Below are positions 1 through 9,587 of a stretch of DNA of 64,000 nucleotides, piece by piece; the stretch's first letter is position 1, and each line of letters opens with the position of its first letter. The translations under genes and the position numbers were made by a program. The notes beneath the pieces were generated by a model. It had not been told where the DNA came from. It did no database searches and saw only the letters and a list, made by a program, of their open reading frames with translations. This DNA comes from Candidatus Latescibacterota bacterium (GTDB lineage Bacteria > Latescibacterota > UBA2968), in the NCBI GenBank assembly GCA_965204375.1, contig OZ241986.1:3424001-3488000 (forward strand), written 5' to 3'.

Positions 1-32
1 TCTGGTGTCCTAGGCCACTGAACGACGGGGTC
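1..32 (-). tRNA. 5' half of a tRNA, probably tRNA-Glu, truncated by the window edge
   Basis: Reverse complement GACCCCGTCGTTCAGTGGCCTAGGACACCAGA gives acceptor stem, D-arm (TGGCCTAGGAC, typical of Glu) and the start of the anticodon stem; the anticodon is outside the window. Confidence 0.7.
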
Positions 33-52
33 ACTCACAACATGATGGCGAC

Positions 53-81
53 AACCTAATAAAGTTCGATACTTTTGTCAA
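53..81 (-). promoter_or_regulatory. sigma70-type promoter for the tRNA
   Basis: TTGACA-17 nt-TAGGTT on the minus strand, about 20 nt upstream of the tRNA 5' end. Confidence 0.55.
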
Positions 82-87
82 GCCTCC

Positions 88-1353
88 CTACTCCATCAGC
101 GCCTTGTAAACCAGAGGCTGGAAAGGCCGTGTAATATTGCCCGACCCGCGCAACTGGGTCCACACCATAGAAATCATCTCATTTTGTGGATCAATCCAGA
201 AATGCGTCTTGGCAATACCCGACCAGTAATACGTCCCATTCCTATCCTCCCACGCCGTCTCCGTCTCATCCACAATCACAGAAAAACCGTAGCCAAAACC
301 ATCGCTCTTGCGCCGGCGATGCCGGTAACGTGCCGTCTCCGGCAGATGATTAGCCGTCATAAGCTGGATCGTCTCCGGCTTCAAAATGCGCGTACCGTAC
401 AACTCACCCCCATTGAGCAACATCTGGGAAAAACGGAGATAATCCCGGGCCGTACTCACCAACCCGCCACCGCCGGACTCCCGTGCATCGCGCCGCATAT
501 TGCCCTGACGGTTGCGCGCCCTGAAATTGCCCTCCTCGTCCTTTCCATACAGCGTAGCCATGCGGTCGCGCTTCTCCTCTGGCACGTAAAAACTCGTATC
601 GACCATCTCTAAAGGCACAAAAATGCGCTCTGAGAAAAACGCGCCCAAAGACATACCAGAAGCCACCTCGACCACGCGACCAAGGATATCAGTCGCCACA
701 CTGTAGAGCCATCGGGTGCCAGGCTGAAAACGCAAAGGCAATTGAGCCACCTTCTGGGCATATTTGGCATTTGATGTAATCGAATACAGATCCGCAATCC
801 GATAAAGCGTATCGACCGATGTCTGCCCAAAAATACCATACGTCAAACCAGACGTATGAGACAGCAAATTCGCAATCGTTATCTCGCGCTCGAGCGGTAC
901 CAGAACAGGATTCTCGGTCCCGCCACCCGTATAGACCTTTGTATCGGCAAATTCGGGAATAAACTTAGACACCGGATCATCCATCTTCAGCTTACCCGCT
1001 TCGTAGAGCATCATAATAGCAACACTGGTAACCGGTTTGGTCATAGAATAAATGCGAAAAAGCGTATCCTCAGTCATCGGCTTATTCGATTCCCTATCGC
1101 GCAAACCCGCAGTCTCGAAATGCACAATCTTGCCCTTTCGGGCGATCAGCGTCAAAACACCTGCAAACTTCCCGGAATCCACGAGCGCTTGCATTGCGGG
1201 TTGGATCTTCGCAAGACGCTCCGCAGAAAACCCCAACTCTGCGGGATCTCCCTGGGGAATTTCAGCAGCAAAAATCGGGTGGAGAGACAGAAAAGCCGTA
1301 AGCAGAGCAAACAAGCTATGTTTTAGAAAACGCGTCATATAAATACGCTCCAT
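88..1353 (-). CDS. Serine hydrolase, beta-lactamase class C / EstB-like family, with signal peptide
   Basis: SxxK (YSMTK), LLSHTSG, WLYS, GGGGLVST and WSG motifs; hydrophobic N-terminus; true start may be 1338. Confidence 0.9.
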   Translation of the reverse strand: MERIYMTRFLKHSLFALLTAFLSLHPIFAAEIPQGDPAELGFSAERLAKIQPAMQALVDSGKFAGVLTLIARKGKIVHFETAGLRDRESNKPMTEDTLFRIYSMTKPVTSVAIMMLYEAGKLKMDDPVSKFIPEFADTKVYTGGGTENPVLVPLEREITIANLLSHTSGLTYGIFGQTSVDTLYRIADLYSITSNAKYAQKVAQLPLRFQPGTRWLYSVATDILGRVVEVASGMSLGAFFSERIFVPLEMVDTSFYVPEEKRDRMATLYGKDEEGNFRARNRQGNMRRDARESGGGGLVSTARDYLRFSQMLLNGGELYGTRILKPETIQLMTANHLPETARYRHRRRKSDGFGYGFSVIVDETETAWEDRNGTYYWSGIAKTHFWIDPQNEMISMVWTQLRGSGNITRPFQPLVYKALME

Positions 1354-1362
1354 TTTGTATAT

Positions 1363-1396
1363 AAAAAAGGGTTACACCGTTGCGATGCAACCCTTT
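1363..1396 (-). terminator. Rho-independent terminator after tRNA-Arg
   Basis: Minus strand AAAGGGTTGCATCG-CAA-CGGTGTAACCCTTT followed by a T-run. Confidence 0.75.
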
Positions 1397-1405
1397 CTCT
1401 CGATC

Positions 1406-1482
1406 TGGTGCGGACGCCAGGATTCGAACCCGGAACCGTCTGATCCGTAGTCAGGTGCTCTATCCAGTTGAGCTACGTCCGC
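1406..1482 (-). tRNA. tRNA-Arg (ACG)
   Basis: GCGGACGTAGCTCAACTGGATAGAGCACCTGACT-ACG-GATCAGACGGTTCCGGGTTCGAATCCTGGCGTCCGCACCA; 77 nt cloverleaf with encoded CCA. Confidence 0.97.
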
Positions 1483-1536
1483 TAAAATCAGGTACTTAGT
1501 ATATTTGCAATACATCATAACGCCGTAAGGCAGAAA

Positions 1537-1565
1537 AAGGTATCAAAACTGCCAAATACTGTCAA
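1537..1565 (-). promoter_or_regulatory. sigma70-type promoter for tRNA-Arg
   Basis: TTGACA-17 nt-TACCTT on the minus strand. Confidence 0.55.
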
Positions 1566-1685
1566 GCGGAAACGGGCTATTATACCGGATAGCATAAGGC
1601 AATACTATTTTGGGTTGCCCCCAGCGCCAGAATGTATAATCATAGAGCAAAGAGCGAATTAAAAATTAAAACTGAGGAACCACTC

Positions 1686-2843
1686 ATGAACCTTGAAACA
1701 CAATTAATCCACGCAGGAGAAGAAGAAAAAAAATACGAAGGCGCGGTCGCGTTACCCGTATTTCAGAGCGCCACATTTGCATACAGCAGTGAAGACAGTT
1801 ACCACGACATAAAATACCTTCGCCTGAACAACACCCCCAACCACACCGTAGTCCATGAAAAATTGGCACAAATTGCATGTGGAGAAGCCGCAGTAGTCAC
1901 CGCATCGGGCATGGCGGCAATAACCACCGCCCTATTGACCGTACTAAAAAAAGGCGACCACCTCCTCGCACAAAATTGTCTCTACGGCGGAACGCGCGCT
2001 TTTTTGTCTCACGACATCGCCGACTTTGGGATCGACGTCGATTTCGTATCGGGAAACGCCCCAGAAGAATGGAAAAAACTCGTCCGCCCCGAAACACGCG
2101 CCATCTATGTCGAAACCATGAGCAATCCCCTCCTGGAAGTCGCCGACCTCCCATCCGTCGTCGCCTTTGCCCAATCCCATAACCTCATCTCCATGATCGA
2201 CAACACCTTTGCCTCGCCTGTGAACTTTCGCCCCTTAGACATAGGCTTTGACCTCTCCTTACACAGTTGCACAAAATACCTGAACGGACACTCGGACATC
2301 GTAGCCGGCTGCGCGATTGGATCACGCGAACTAATCACCCGCATAACGCACCGTCTGAATGTCATGGGTGGCTGCCTGGACCCACACGCCTGTTTCCTCT
2401 TACTACGCGGTATAAAAACACTCGCCCTGCGCATGGAAAAACAAAACGAAAACGCACACGCACTGGCCTCCTTCCTGGAAAACCACCCATCCGTAATACA
2501 CGTAAATTACCCGGGCTTATCTACCCACCCACAACACAACTGTGCAAAAACACTATTTAAAGGATGCGGCGGCGTATTGAGCTTTGAAATAGTGGGCGAC
2601 AGCCGCGTAGCCGACGCGGTAATCTCGAAACTAAAATTGCCAATCTCCGCGCCCAGCCTGGGCGGCATCGAAACACTCATCACCCGCCCCGTACAAACAT
2701 CGCACTCGGGACTAACCGACGAAGAGCGACGCGACGCGGGAATCTCCGAACGATTGATTCGCGTAGCAGTCGGCATCGAAGCCGCAGAGGACTTATGCGC
2801 GGATTTTGAGCAAGCTCTGAGAGGCGTAGAAGAGGAGAAATAA
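1686..2843 (+). CDS. PLP-dependent Cys/Met metabolism enzyme (cystathionine gamma-synthase/lyase, methionine gamma-lyase family)
   Basis: ASGMAA, ETMSNP, DNTFASP, PLP lysine motif HSCTKYLNGHSD, SLGGIETL; RBS GAGGA before ATG 1686. Confidence 0.92.
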   Translation: MNLETQLIHAGEEEKKYEGAVALPVFQSATFAYSSEDSYHDIKYLRLNNTPNHTVVHEKLAQIACGEAAVVTASGMAAITTALLTVLKKGDHLLAQNCLYGGTRAFLSHDIADFGIDVDFVSGNAPEEWKKLVRPETRAIYVETMSNPLLEVADLPSVVAFAQSHNLISMIDNTFASPVNFRPLDIGFDLSLHSCTKYLNGHSDIVAGCAIGSRELITRITHRLNVMGGCLDPHACFLLLRGIKTLALRMEKQNENAHALASFLENHPSVIHVNYPGLSTHPQHNCAKTLFKGCGGVLSFEIVGDSRVADAVISKLKLPISAPSLGGIETLITRPVQTSHSGLTDEERRDAGISERLIRVAVGIEAAEDLCADFEQALRGVEEEK

Positions 2844-2844
2844 C

Positions 2845-3660
2845 ATGCAAATTAAAATCGGCATGCTAAAAGCCATGCCAAAAAAGTGGGATGTCGAGGA
2901 AAATTGGGCAGTATTTAAAAAACAATTTGCCACACATGGAAAAGATACAGACGTATTCATAACCCCGGAATGTTTCCTGGATGGATACGCTGTAACAGAA
3001 AAAAATTGGACCGCAGAGCGCTTTGCCGAAGTCGCACAGGACGTCGAGCAAAGCGCGTACATCCAACAGACATGCGAAATGGCACGCGCATCGCGCACCC
3101 ATATCGTTTTTGGATACACTGAAAAACGCGCGGGATATTTTTACAATGCCGCTATATTAGTAAACCGCGCGGGAAAAATTGTCGGCACATATTACAAAAC
3201 GCATTTGCAAACGCACGACCACCGCTTTGTACGCGGCGATGACCTGCCCGTATTCGACCTCGACATTGGCACAGTGGGCATGGTAATCTGTGCGGACCGC
3301 CGATGGCCCGAATCGATTCGCACATTGCGGCTCAAAGGCGCGAAAATCTGTCTCATGCCGACCTATGGCATGTGGCATGAAGAAAATGAATGGTGGATGC
3401 GCACGCGATCCTATGAAAATCAGATGTTCGTGTGCTTCGCGCATCCCAACGTAGCCCTGATCACAGACCCGGTCGGCAAGATCGCGGCAAAATTGCAATC
3501 CAACGTACCAGACGTACTAATCCACAAAATCGATCTCAAAGACGCATCGGATGAAAACCATCTGAGCGACCGGCGTCCCGAACTCTACGGCATCATGGGA
3601 AAAACTGACCACTGGTCGCAACAGCCCGAATTTTCATCGCCCACTTACGAAGAGGAATAA
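2845..3660 (+). CDS. Carbon-nitrogen hydrolase (nitrilase superfamily)
   Basis: Glu-Lys-Cys triad motifs TPEC, YYKTHL, ICAD; C-terminal DRRPELY. Confidence 0.9.
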   Translation: MQIKIGMLKAMPKKWDVEENWAVFKKQFATHGKDTDVFITPECFLDGYAVTEKNWTAERFAEVAQDVEQSAYIQQTCEMARASRTHIVFGYTEKRAGYFYNAAILVNRAGKIVGTYYKTHLQTHDHRFVRGDDLPVFDLDIGTVGMVICADRRWPESIRTLRLKGAKICLMPTYGMWHEENEWWMRTRSYENQMFVCFAHPNVALITDPVGKIAAKLQSNVPDVLIHKIDLKDASDENHLSDRRPELYGIMGKTDHWSQQPEFSSPTYEEE

Positions 3661-3663
3661 ACC

Positions 3664-4713
3664 ATGTATCGCATTGGACTAATTGGCAATCGGGCGCACC
3701 AGAATACCTACGGCCCGATCTGGCATGAACGAGAAGATTGCAAAATCGTCGCAGCAGCCGAACACCACGCGGGTAAAGGCGAGGCACTATCTCAACTATA
3801 CGGCCTTGAGGTCGCGCGAGACTACGACGCGGTCCTGGAAGATCCGAACGTGGATATCGTCTCCATCTGCACGGACTTTTATCTCAAACGCACGTTAATC
3901 TCAAAAGCACTCGCCTGTGGCAAACACGTACTCGTCGATAAAGCCATCGCGCGCACCGTTGTCGAAGCCAGAGAAATAGCCGATACTGTCGCTGGCGCAT
4001 CGAACAAAGTACTGCTGACGTATCCTACGCGGTTTTCACCCACAATGATAAGACTCAAAGAAGCCCTCGACCGGGGCGAATACGGACGTATCTCCGCTTA
4101 TGCTCACAACAGCGTGAAGCAATTCTTTGGCGACCTTATGGCTTATGTAAGCTATCCGACGCCAGCCGTGCAAAATGGTGGAGGTGAATTGATGAATTTG
4201 GGCAGCCATACCGTAGATGCTCTGCTCTGGTTTTTTGGCATGCCCAACAGGGTGAGTTGTCAGATGCAAAATCTCTACTTTGAGGAATACGCGCAATTTG
4301 GCACAGAAGACATCGCCACGCTCTGGTGTGAGTATCCCAATTTCACTGCAACACTCACCGTGGGGCGATCAAAAGCGCGAAGTGAAGACGCCACATTCGA
4401 TTGCGTCAACATCACGGGCGAAGGCGCGTGGGTTCAGGTAGATCGCCTGGGATATTCCGTCAACGGAAAGCTCGTCGATACGCCACCGCCCAGAGCAGCG
4501 GGAATGGCGGCCTGTGTGGCGCATCTCATCGACTGCATCGAACAAGACGCGACACCTGTCACCAGTGCAGAAGAAGGACTATCCATAGCCCTGCTCACAA
4601 CAGCCGCCTATCAAGCCGCACATATAGGCGAACCAGTCACCTTACCCTTGCAAAATGATCAACATCCTTTGATTGAAGCAGAAGATCACGTCGTTAACCG
4701 TTTACTGGATTGA
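3664..4713 (+). CDS. Gfo/Idh/MocA family oxidoreductase
   Basis: N-terminal Rossmann fold, GKHVLVDKA (EKP variant), GGGELMNLGSHTVD. Confidence 0.88.
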   Translation: MYRIGLIGNRAHQNTYGPIWHEREDCKIVAAAEHHAGKGEALSQLYGLEVARDYDAVLEDPNVDIVSICTDFYLKRTLISKALACGKHVLVDKAIARTVVEAREIADTVAGASNKVLLTYPTRFSPTMIRLKEALDRGEYGRISAYAHNSVKQFFGDLMAYVSYPTPAVQNGGGELMNLGSHTVDALLWFFGMPNRVSCQMQNLYFEEYAQFGTEDIATLWCEYPNFTATLTVGRSKARSEDATFDCVNITGEGAWVQVDRLGYSVNGKLVDTPPPRAAGMAACVAHLIDCIEQDATPVTSAEEGLSIALLTTAAYQAAHIGEPVTLPLQNDQHPLIEAEDHVVNRLLD

Positions 4714-4726
4714 ATACAGTCTGATA

Positions 4727-5095
4727 TTAAACCTGCACGGCCAGGGGAACAACTTTTGAACGGCGTATAGTGTGATCGCGTGTGAGCAATGGAATATCAT
4801 GCACAACGCTGGTGGCGGCAATGAGTTCGTCCGCAGGATCGCTCTGAAAGTCGAGTTGCGTTGAAGCACGCGCAACGGCAAGATCAATCGGCCACACATG
4901 CAGACGACTCAAGGTGCGAACCACATCCCGATCATCAAGATCCATATCAATACGACCGAGTTGAACGAGCTTAGCCAATTCCCAGAACACAATGGCTGAA
5001 ACAGACCACCTGTTCTGCGACAACAAGGCCTGCTCCGCTGGTCGAAGATTGCCACTGACCGCGAAGATAAGAATATGCGTGTCAAGATTGAGCAT
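4727..5095 (-). CDS. vapC: VapC-like PIN-domain toxin
   Basis: MLNLDTH, SAIVFWE, DPADELI and LLTRD PIN motifs; overlaps the antitoxin stop. Confidence 0.88.
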   Translation of the reverse strand: MLNLDTHILIFAVSGNLRPAEQALLSQNRWSVSAIVFWELAKLVQLGRIDMDLDDRDVVRTLSRLHVWPIDLAVARASTQLDFQSDPADELIAATSVVHDIPLLTRDHTIRRSKVVPLAVQV

Positions 5096-5306
5096 CTGCT
5101 TCCCATTGGACGTCGGTCGTAAAGATGTCGCCACGAATTTTGACCTTGTGACGCAAACTGCCGATCAGGTCAGCGCACTGTTGGTCATAAGGTATGACGC
5201 ACGCGACCGGCTTGCCGCGTTTGGTAACGACCAAACCTTCGGCATCCAATTGATCCAACAAGGCCAGACACTGCTCCTTGAACTTTGAGGCTCCAATTGT
5301 TTTCAT
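5082..5306 (-). CDS. Phd/YefM-family antitoxin
   Basis: MKTIGASKFK...LVVTKRGKPVA signature, directly upstream of the PIN toxin. Confidence 0.88.
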   Translation of the reverse strand: MKTIGASKFKEQCLALLDQLDAEGLVVTKRGKPVACVIPYDQQCADLIGSLRHKVKIRGDIFTTDVQWEADAQS

Positions 5307-5408
5307 ATCGTGTGCTCCGTTTGAATATAGCATAATATATAACTGGTCATTCTATTTGTCCATTTGAATGTAAACAAATCGTTTTTTATTTTCAATAGGA
5401 GGGACAAG

Positions 5409-6449
5409 ATGAACACCTATCGCGCTGTAATCGTAGGCTTGACGGGCATTGGTGCCAGCCGACCGCATGAAACGAGAGGACCTGTCTTCGGCGCCATGCC
5501 CCCGTCGCACGCATCGGCATATCACAAACACGCCCAAACAGAAGTCGTAGGCATATGCGACCTGCGCCAGGAAGTACTGGACGACTTCTGCGAGCGCTGG
5601 GGCGACGTCTGGCCCGATGTGAACACGTACACAGACTTCAAGGAAATGCTGGACAAAGAGCAGCCCGACCTCGTCAGTGTCGTGACATCTGATCACGCAC
5701 ACGCCGACATCACAGTAGCCGCAGCCGAAGGATCGGCACAGGCAATCCTGTGCGAAAAACCCATTGCAACAACCATGGACGACGCCGACCGCATGATCGC
5801 AGCCGCAGAAGCAAATAACGTCCTGCTCTCGATAGAACACACGCGCCGCTGGTATCCGAGTTATCTACAAGCGCGAGAAATGATCCGATCCGGCGAAATG
5901 GGCCGCTTGCGAACCATCGTCTGCGACCAATTCGGAACGCGCGCCATGATGTTCCGCAACGGCACGCACATGATCGACATGATGTGCTTCTTTGCCGAAG
6001 CAAATCCCGAATGGCTGGTCGGCGAACTGGAACCCGGATTTGAACACTTTACCGAATACAAAGGCGATGGCGGGCACGACCCGGCAACCGACCCTTATGC
6101 CTCTGCGTACATCCATTTTGACAATGGCGTACGCGCATTTTACAACTGCCACAAAATGGCGTTTAACGGATCGAAATTTTCTCTGACATGTGAAAATGGA
6201 AGAATTGAAATCTCAGATCAAAAATTCGAGGTTATTACCCCACAAGAACCGCGCTGGTGGTCGCATGCAACAGTCCCCGTGGATCCCTATATGGAAATCC
6301 GACAAATTGGCGCAGTCTCGGAACTCATCCACGTCCTGGAAAACGGCGGCACACTCGTCTCGCCCGCACGCGAAGCCAGAAAAACACTTCAAATCATGCT
6401 CGGCATATTAGACTCCCACCACGCGGGCAATGTGCGAGTCAATCTTTAA
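5409..6449 (+). CDS. Gfo/Idh/MocA family oxidoreductase
   Basis: VGLTGIG, LCEKP, GTHMID; RBS GGAGG before ATG 5409. Confidence 0.9.
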   Translation: MNTYRAVIVGLTGIGASRPHETRGPVFGAMPPSHASAYHKHAQTEVVGICDLRQEVLDDFCERWGDVWPDVNTYTDFKEMLDKEQPDLVSVVTSDHAHADITVAAAEGSAQAILCEKPIATTMDDADRMIAAAEANNVLLSIEHTRRWYPSYLQAREMIRSGEMGRLRTIVCDQFGTRAMMFRNGTHMIDMMCFFAEANPEWLVGELEPGFEHFTEYKGDGGHDPATDPYASAYIHFDNGVRAFYNCHKMAFNGSKFSLTCENGRIEISDQKFEVITPQEPRWWSHATVPVDPYMEIRQIGAVSELIHVLENGGTLVSPAREARKTLQIMLGILDSHHAGNVRVNL

Positions 6450-6462
6450 AAAAGGAGACCCC

Positions 6463-7524
6463 ATGACAGATAAGCATCGCATCGAATGTCTCTTCCTCTC
6501 GCAAGAAGACCTCCTGCAAGCCGGATGCCTGGACATACGGCTTGCCATGAGCGCGGCAGAAAACGCCATGCTCGCCTTTCAAAAAAATGACATTCTCTTT
6601 CCAGAAAAAGTAGTTCAGATCTTCAATGAAGACACCCAGGACCGCATTAACTGCCTGCCGGCTACCCTCTTACCCGAAAAGATATGCGGAGCCAAATGGG
6701 TATCCGTATTCCCGTTCAATCCCGAGAAATACGGCCAACAGAACCTCTCTGCGGTATTCATCCTATCCGAGATCGAGAAAGGCTACCCCATTGCCTTTAT
6801 GGATGGCACCCTGTGTTCGAATATGCGCGTGGGCGCAATGGGTGGCATTGCCGCCAGGCATTTCGCAAGACCGGATTCCAGGAGCATCGCTTTCATTGGC
6901 GCAGGAGAACAGGCCAAGATGCACTTAATCGCCATGAAGACAGTGTTTCCAGGCCTTGAGGAATGCCGGGTTTCAGCCAAATATGACCACGAAGAACAGC
7001 AGTTCATCGACGAAATGGCTTCCCTCTTTCAAGATATGCGTTTCTCCGCCGCCCATACAAATGCACAGCGGGCCATAGAGGGCGCCGATATTCTCGTCAC
7101 AGCCACGAGCGCGCAAGCCCCGCTTCTCAAAGCGGCCTGGATAAAACCCGGAACTTTCTACAGTCATATCGGCGGCTGGGAGGACGAGTACGACGTGGCG
7201 AGACAATCCGATAAAATTGTGTGCGACGATTGGGAAACCGTAAAGCACAGAACGCAAACGCTCAGTCGTATGTACAAGGACGGACAACTCTCAGACGAGG
7301 ACATTTACGCGAACCTCGTCGAAGTCGTCTCCGGAGAAAAAGGAGGAAGGGAGACCCCCGAAGAACGGGCCTACTTCAACGCAGTTGGCCTGGCTTATGT
7401 CGATGTGGCTATTGCATACGCGATGTACCAACGAGCCAGAGAAGCCGGAAAGGGACGGATGTCGAGCATCCAGGAGACCATGATCTTCCAGCACGAGAAC
7501 CTATCGGATTTGATCCGGCTGTAG
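6463..7524 (+). CDS. Ornithine cyclodeaminase / mu-crystallin family protein
   Basis: GAKWVSVFPFNP, IGAGEQA, ADILVTATS, NAVGLAYVD. Confidence 0.88.
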   Translation: MTDKHRIECLFLSQEDLLQAGCLDIRLAMSAAENAMLAFQKNDILFPEKVVQIFNEDTQDRINCLPATLLPEKICGAKWVSVFPFNPEKYGQQNLSAVFILSEIEKGYPIAFMDGTLCSNMRVGAMGGIAARHFARPDSRSIAFIGAGEQAKMHLIAMKTVFPGLEECRVSAKYDHEEQQFIDEMASLFQDMRFSAAHTNAQRAIEGADILVTATSAQAPLLKAAWIKPGTFYSHIGGWEDEYDVARQSDKIVCDDWETVKHRTQTLSRMYKDGQLSDEDIYANLVEVVSGEKGGRETPEERAYFNAVGLAYVDVAIAYAMYQRAREAGKGRMSSIQETMIFQHENLSDLIRL

Positions 7525-7554
7525 GATCTATTTGAAGCGGGCAAGGAGTAAATC

Positions 7555-9102
7555 ATGACCAGACGCAGACTACCCATCGGCATTCAGACCTTCCGCGAGA
7601 TGCGAGAAGAGAACTACTACTACGTCGATAAGACACCCTATATTCGGCGGATGATAGACGAAGGTAAGCACTACTTCCTGTCGCGCCCACGTCGCTTTGG
7701 CAAGAGCCTGTTTCTGGACACGCTGAAGGAACTGTTCGAAGGCAATGAACCATTGTTCGATGGGCTTCATATCCACGACCGCTGGGACTGGTCAATTCGC
7801 CATCCGGTGATTCGTCTGAGTTTTGGTCGAGGCAACTTCAAAGAGCCGGGATATCTACAGACGAACTTGATGGCACAACTGGACGCAGTTGAACGTCGAG
7901 AGGGCATAAAGTCCGACTACACCACCGCGCCCGAGCGTTTCGCCTATCTAATTGAAACACTACATGATCGTGCTGGACAGCCGGTGGCCGTTCTGGTAGA
8001 TGAATACGACAAGCCGATTCTGGACGCGCTTGAAGTGCCAGAGGTCGCACGCGCTAACCGCGATTTTTTGCGCGGCCTGTACGCAACCATCAAGGACAGC
8101 GATGCCCACATCAAGTTCACTTTCCTCACTGGCGTCAGCAAATTCTCCAAAGTCAGCCTCTTCTCCGGACTCAACAACCTCACTGACATCACCATCGACC
8201 CGCATTACTCTGCCTTATGCGGCTACACCGAAGAGGACCTCGACACGGTATTCGCGCCAGAACTGCCCGGCCTGGACCGAGACCAAATCCGCGAGTGGTA
8301 TAACGGCTATTCCTGGCGAGGGGAGGAGAAAGTGTACAACCCCTTCGACATCCTCCTCTTGTTCCGCAACCGCGAGTTTCGCGCCTACTGGTTCGAGACC
8401 GGAACACCGACGTTTCTGGTCAACACGTTAGTAGATCGCAGAGTGAGTTCCATAGATCTGGACGATATGCTGGGCAGCGACGAACTGTTATCTACATTTG
8501 ACGTTGACGATATCGCCACACAAGCACTGCTATTTCAGACTGGCTATCTGACCATACACCATACCGAACCGCGTGGCGGGGAGATGTACTATCGGCTATC
8601 CTATCCAAACCAAGAAGTGCGCCAGAGCTTGAACAGAAGCCTGCTAAACCACCTGACTGGCGACCCATCGCAGCGTGCGGAGTACCGTGTCCGACTGTAC
8701 GACCTGTTGCTGGTCAATGACTTCGCTGGCCTGGAAAATCTGTTCAAGGCGTTCTTCGCCAGCATTCCCTACCAGTGGCATACGAAAAACGACATAGCGA
8801 ATTACGAAGGCTATTACGCCAGCGTATTCTACTCCTACTTCGCGTCAGTGGGATTGGACATCGTTGTGGAGGACAGCAGCAGCCATGGGCGCCTGGACAT
8901 GGCGGTTCGCTTCAACGACAATGTGTATCTGTTCGAGTTCAAAGTGGTCGAATTAGCACCCGAAGGCACCGCAATGGCGCAACTGAAACAGAAACGCTAC
9001 GCCGACAAGTACCGTGACCGCGGCGAGCCGATACATCTCATCGCCGTAGAGTTCAGCCGGGAAACCCGCAACCTGGTGGGGTTCGAGACAGCCCGCGCTT
9101 GA
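7555..9102 (+). CDS. AAA-ATPase-like protein with C-terminal PD-(D/E)XK nuclease (DUF1703-like)
   Basis: LPIGIQTF, YYVDKT, SRPRRFGKS, VDEYDKP, YNPF, WFETGTP; C-terminal GRLD...FEFK...QL...Y. Confidence 0.92.
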   Translation: MTRRRLPIGIQTFREMREENYYYVDKTPYIRRMIDEGKHYFLSRPRRFGKSLFLDTLKELFEGNEPLFDGLHIHDRWDWSIRHPVIRLSFGRGNFKEPGYLQTNLMAQLDAVERREGIKSDYTTAPERFAYLIETLHDRAGQPVAVLVDEYDKPILDALEVPEVARANRDFLRGLYATIKDSDAHIKFTFLTGVSKFSKVSLFSGLNNLTDITIDPHYSALCGYTEEDLDTVFAPELPGLDRDQIREWYNGYSWRGEEKVYNPFDILLLFRNREFRAYWFETGTPTFLVNTLVDRRVSSIDLDDMLGSDELLSTFDVDDIATQALLFQTGYLTIHHTEPRGGEMYYRLSYPNQEVRQSLNRSLLNHLTGDPSQRAEYRVRLYDLLLVNDFAGLENLFKAFFASIPYQWHTKNDIANYEGYYASVFYSYFASVGLDIVVEDSSSHGRLDMAVRFNDNVYLFEFKVVELAPEGTAMAQLKQKRYADKYRDRGEPIHLIAVEFSRETRNLVGFETARA

Positions 9103-9114
9103 GGCATAACCGAA

Positions 9115-9381
9115 GTGATTGAAATGAATTTGACTGTTGAATTAACAACCGACCAGGTCATTGATTTTGTCCAGCAAATGCCACCGGAAGAGAAGCGAGT
9201 AGTACTGCTCGCGCTTGCAGAACAGGCAGAAACCAGTCGGGCGGAACGCATGGAATATGCTGAAGCGCAGTTTCGAAAGTTATGTGCGTCTCGGGGATTG
9301 AATTGGGACACGATGACCGAAGCGGAACGCGAGAATTTTGTCGATGACCTCATCCATGAGGACCGCGGATGCAACCCATAG
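9115..9381 (+). CDS. Small hypothetical protein, probable antitoxin of the downstream PIN toxin
   Basis: 88 aa ORF overlapping the start of a PIN-domain ORF. Confidence 0.6.
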   Translation: MIEMNLTVELTTDQVIDFVQQMPPEEKRVVLLALAEQAETSRAERMEYAEAQFRKLCASRGLNWDTMTEAERENFVDDLIHEDRGCNP

Positions 9382-9587
9382 CCGTTTATGATACAAACAT
9401 TCTGTTGTCCGGTATCGGCTGGGGAGGTAATCCGTCTCGCTGTCTTGAACTGGCACGACAGGGCAAAATTGAAGGATTAACCTGTCCAGAAATACTGGAT
9501 GAATTGGCAGAGAAACTCACTACCAAACTCAATAGGAAGACAAATAGATGGAGATGGAATTTTCACAGGGACAAATTGTGGTCTTGA
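9369..9587 (+). pseudogene. Truncated PIN-family toxin (TIGR00305-like)
   Basis: AVYDTNILLSG...GNP..C....EILDEL; similarity ends after about 55 aa where the SNF2 gene begins, and the later PIN acidic residues are missing. Confidence 0.7.

Noticed and set aside
1406-1482. tRNA as an island integration site
   Set aside because: No integrase and no duplicated tRNA 3' end seen in the window
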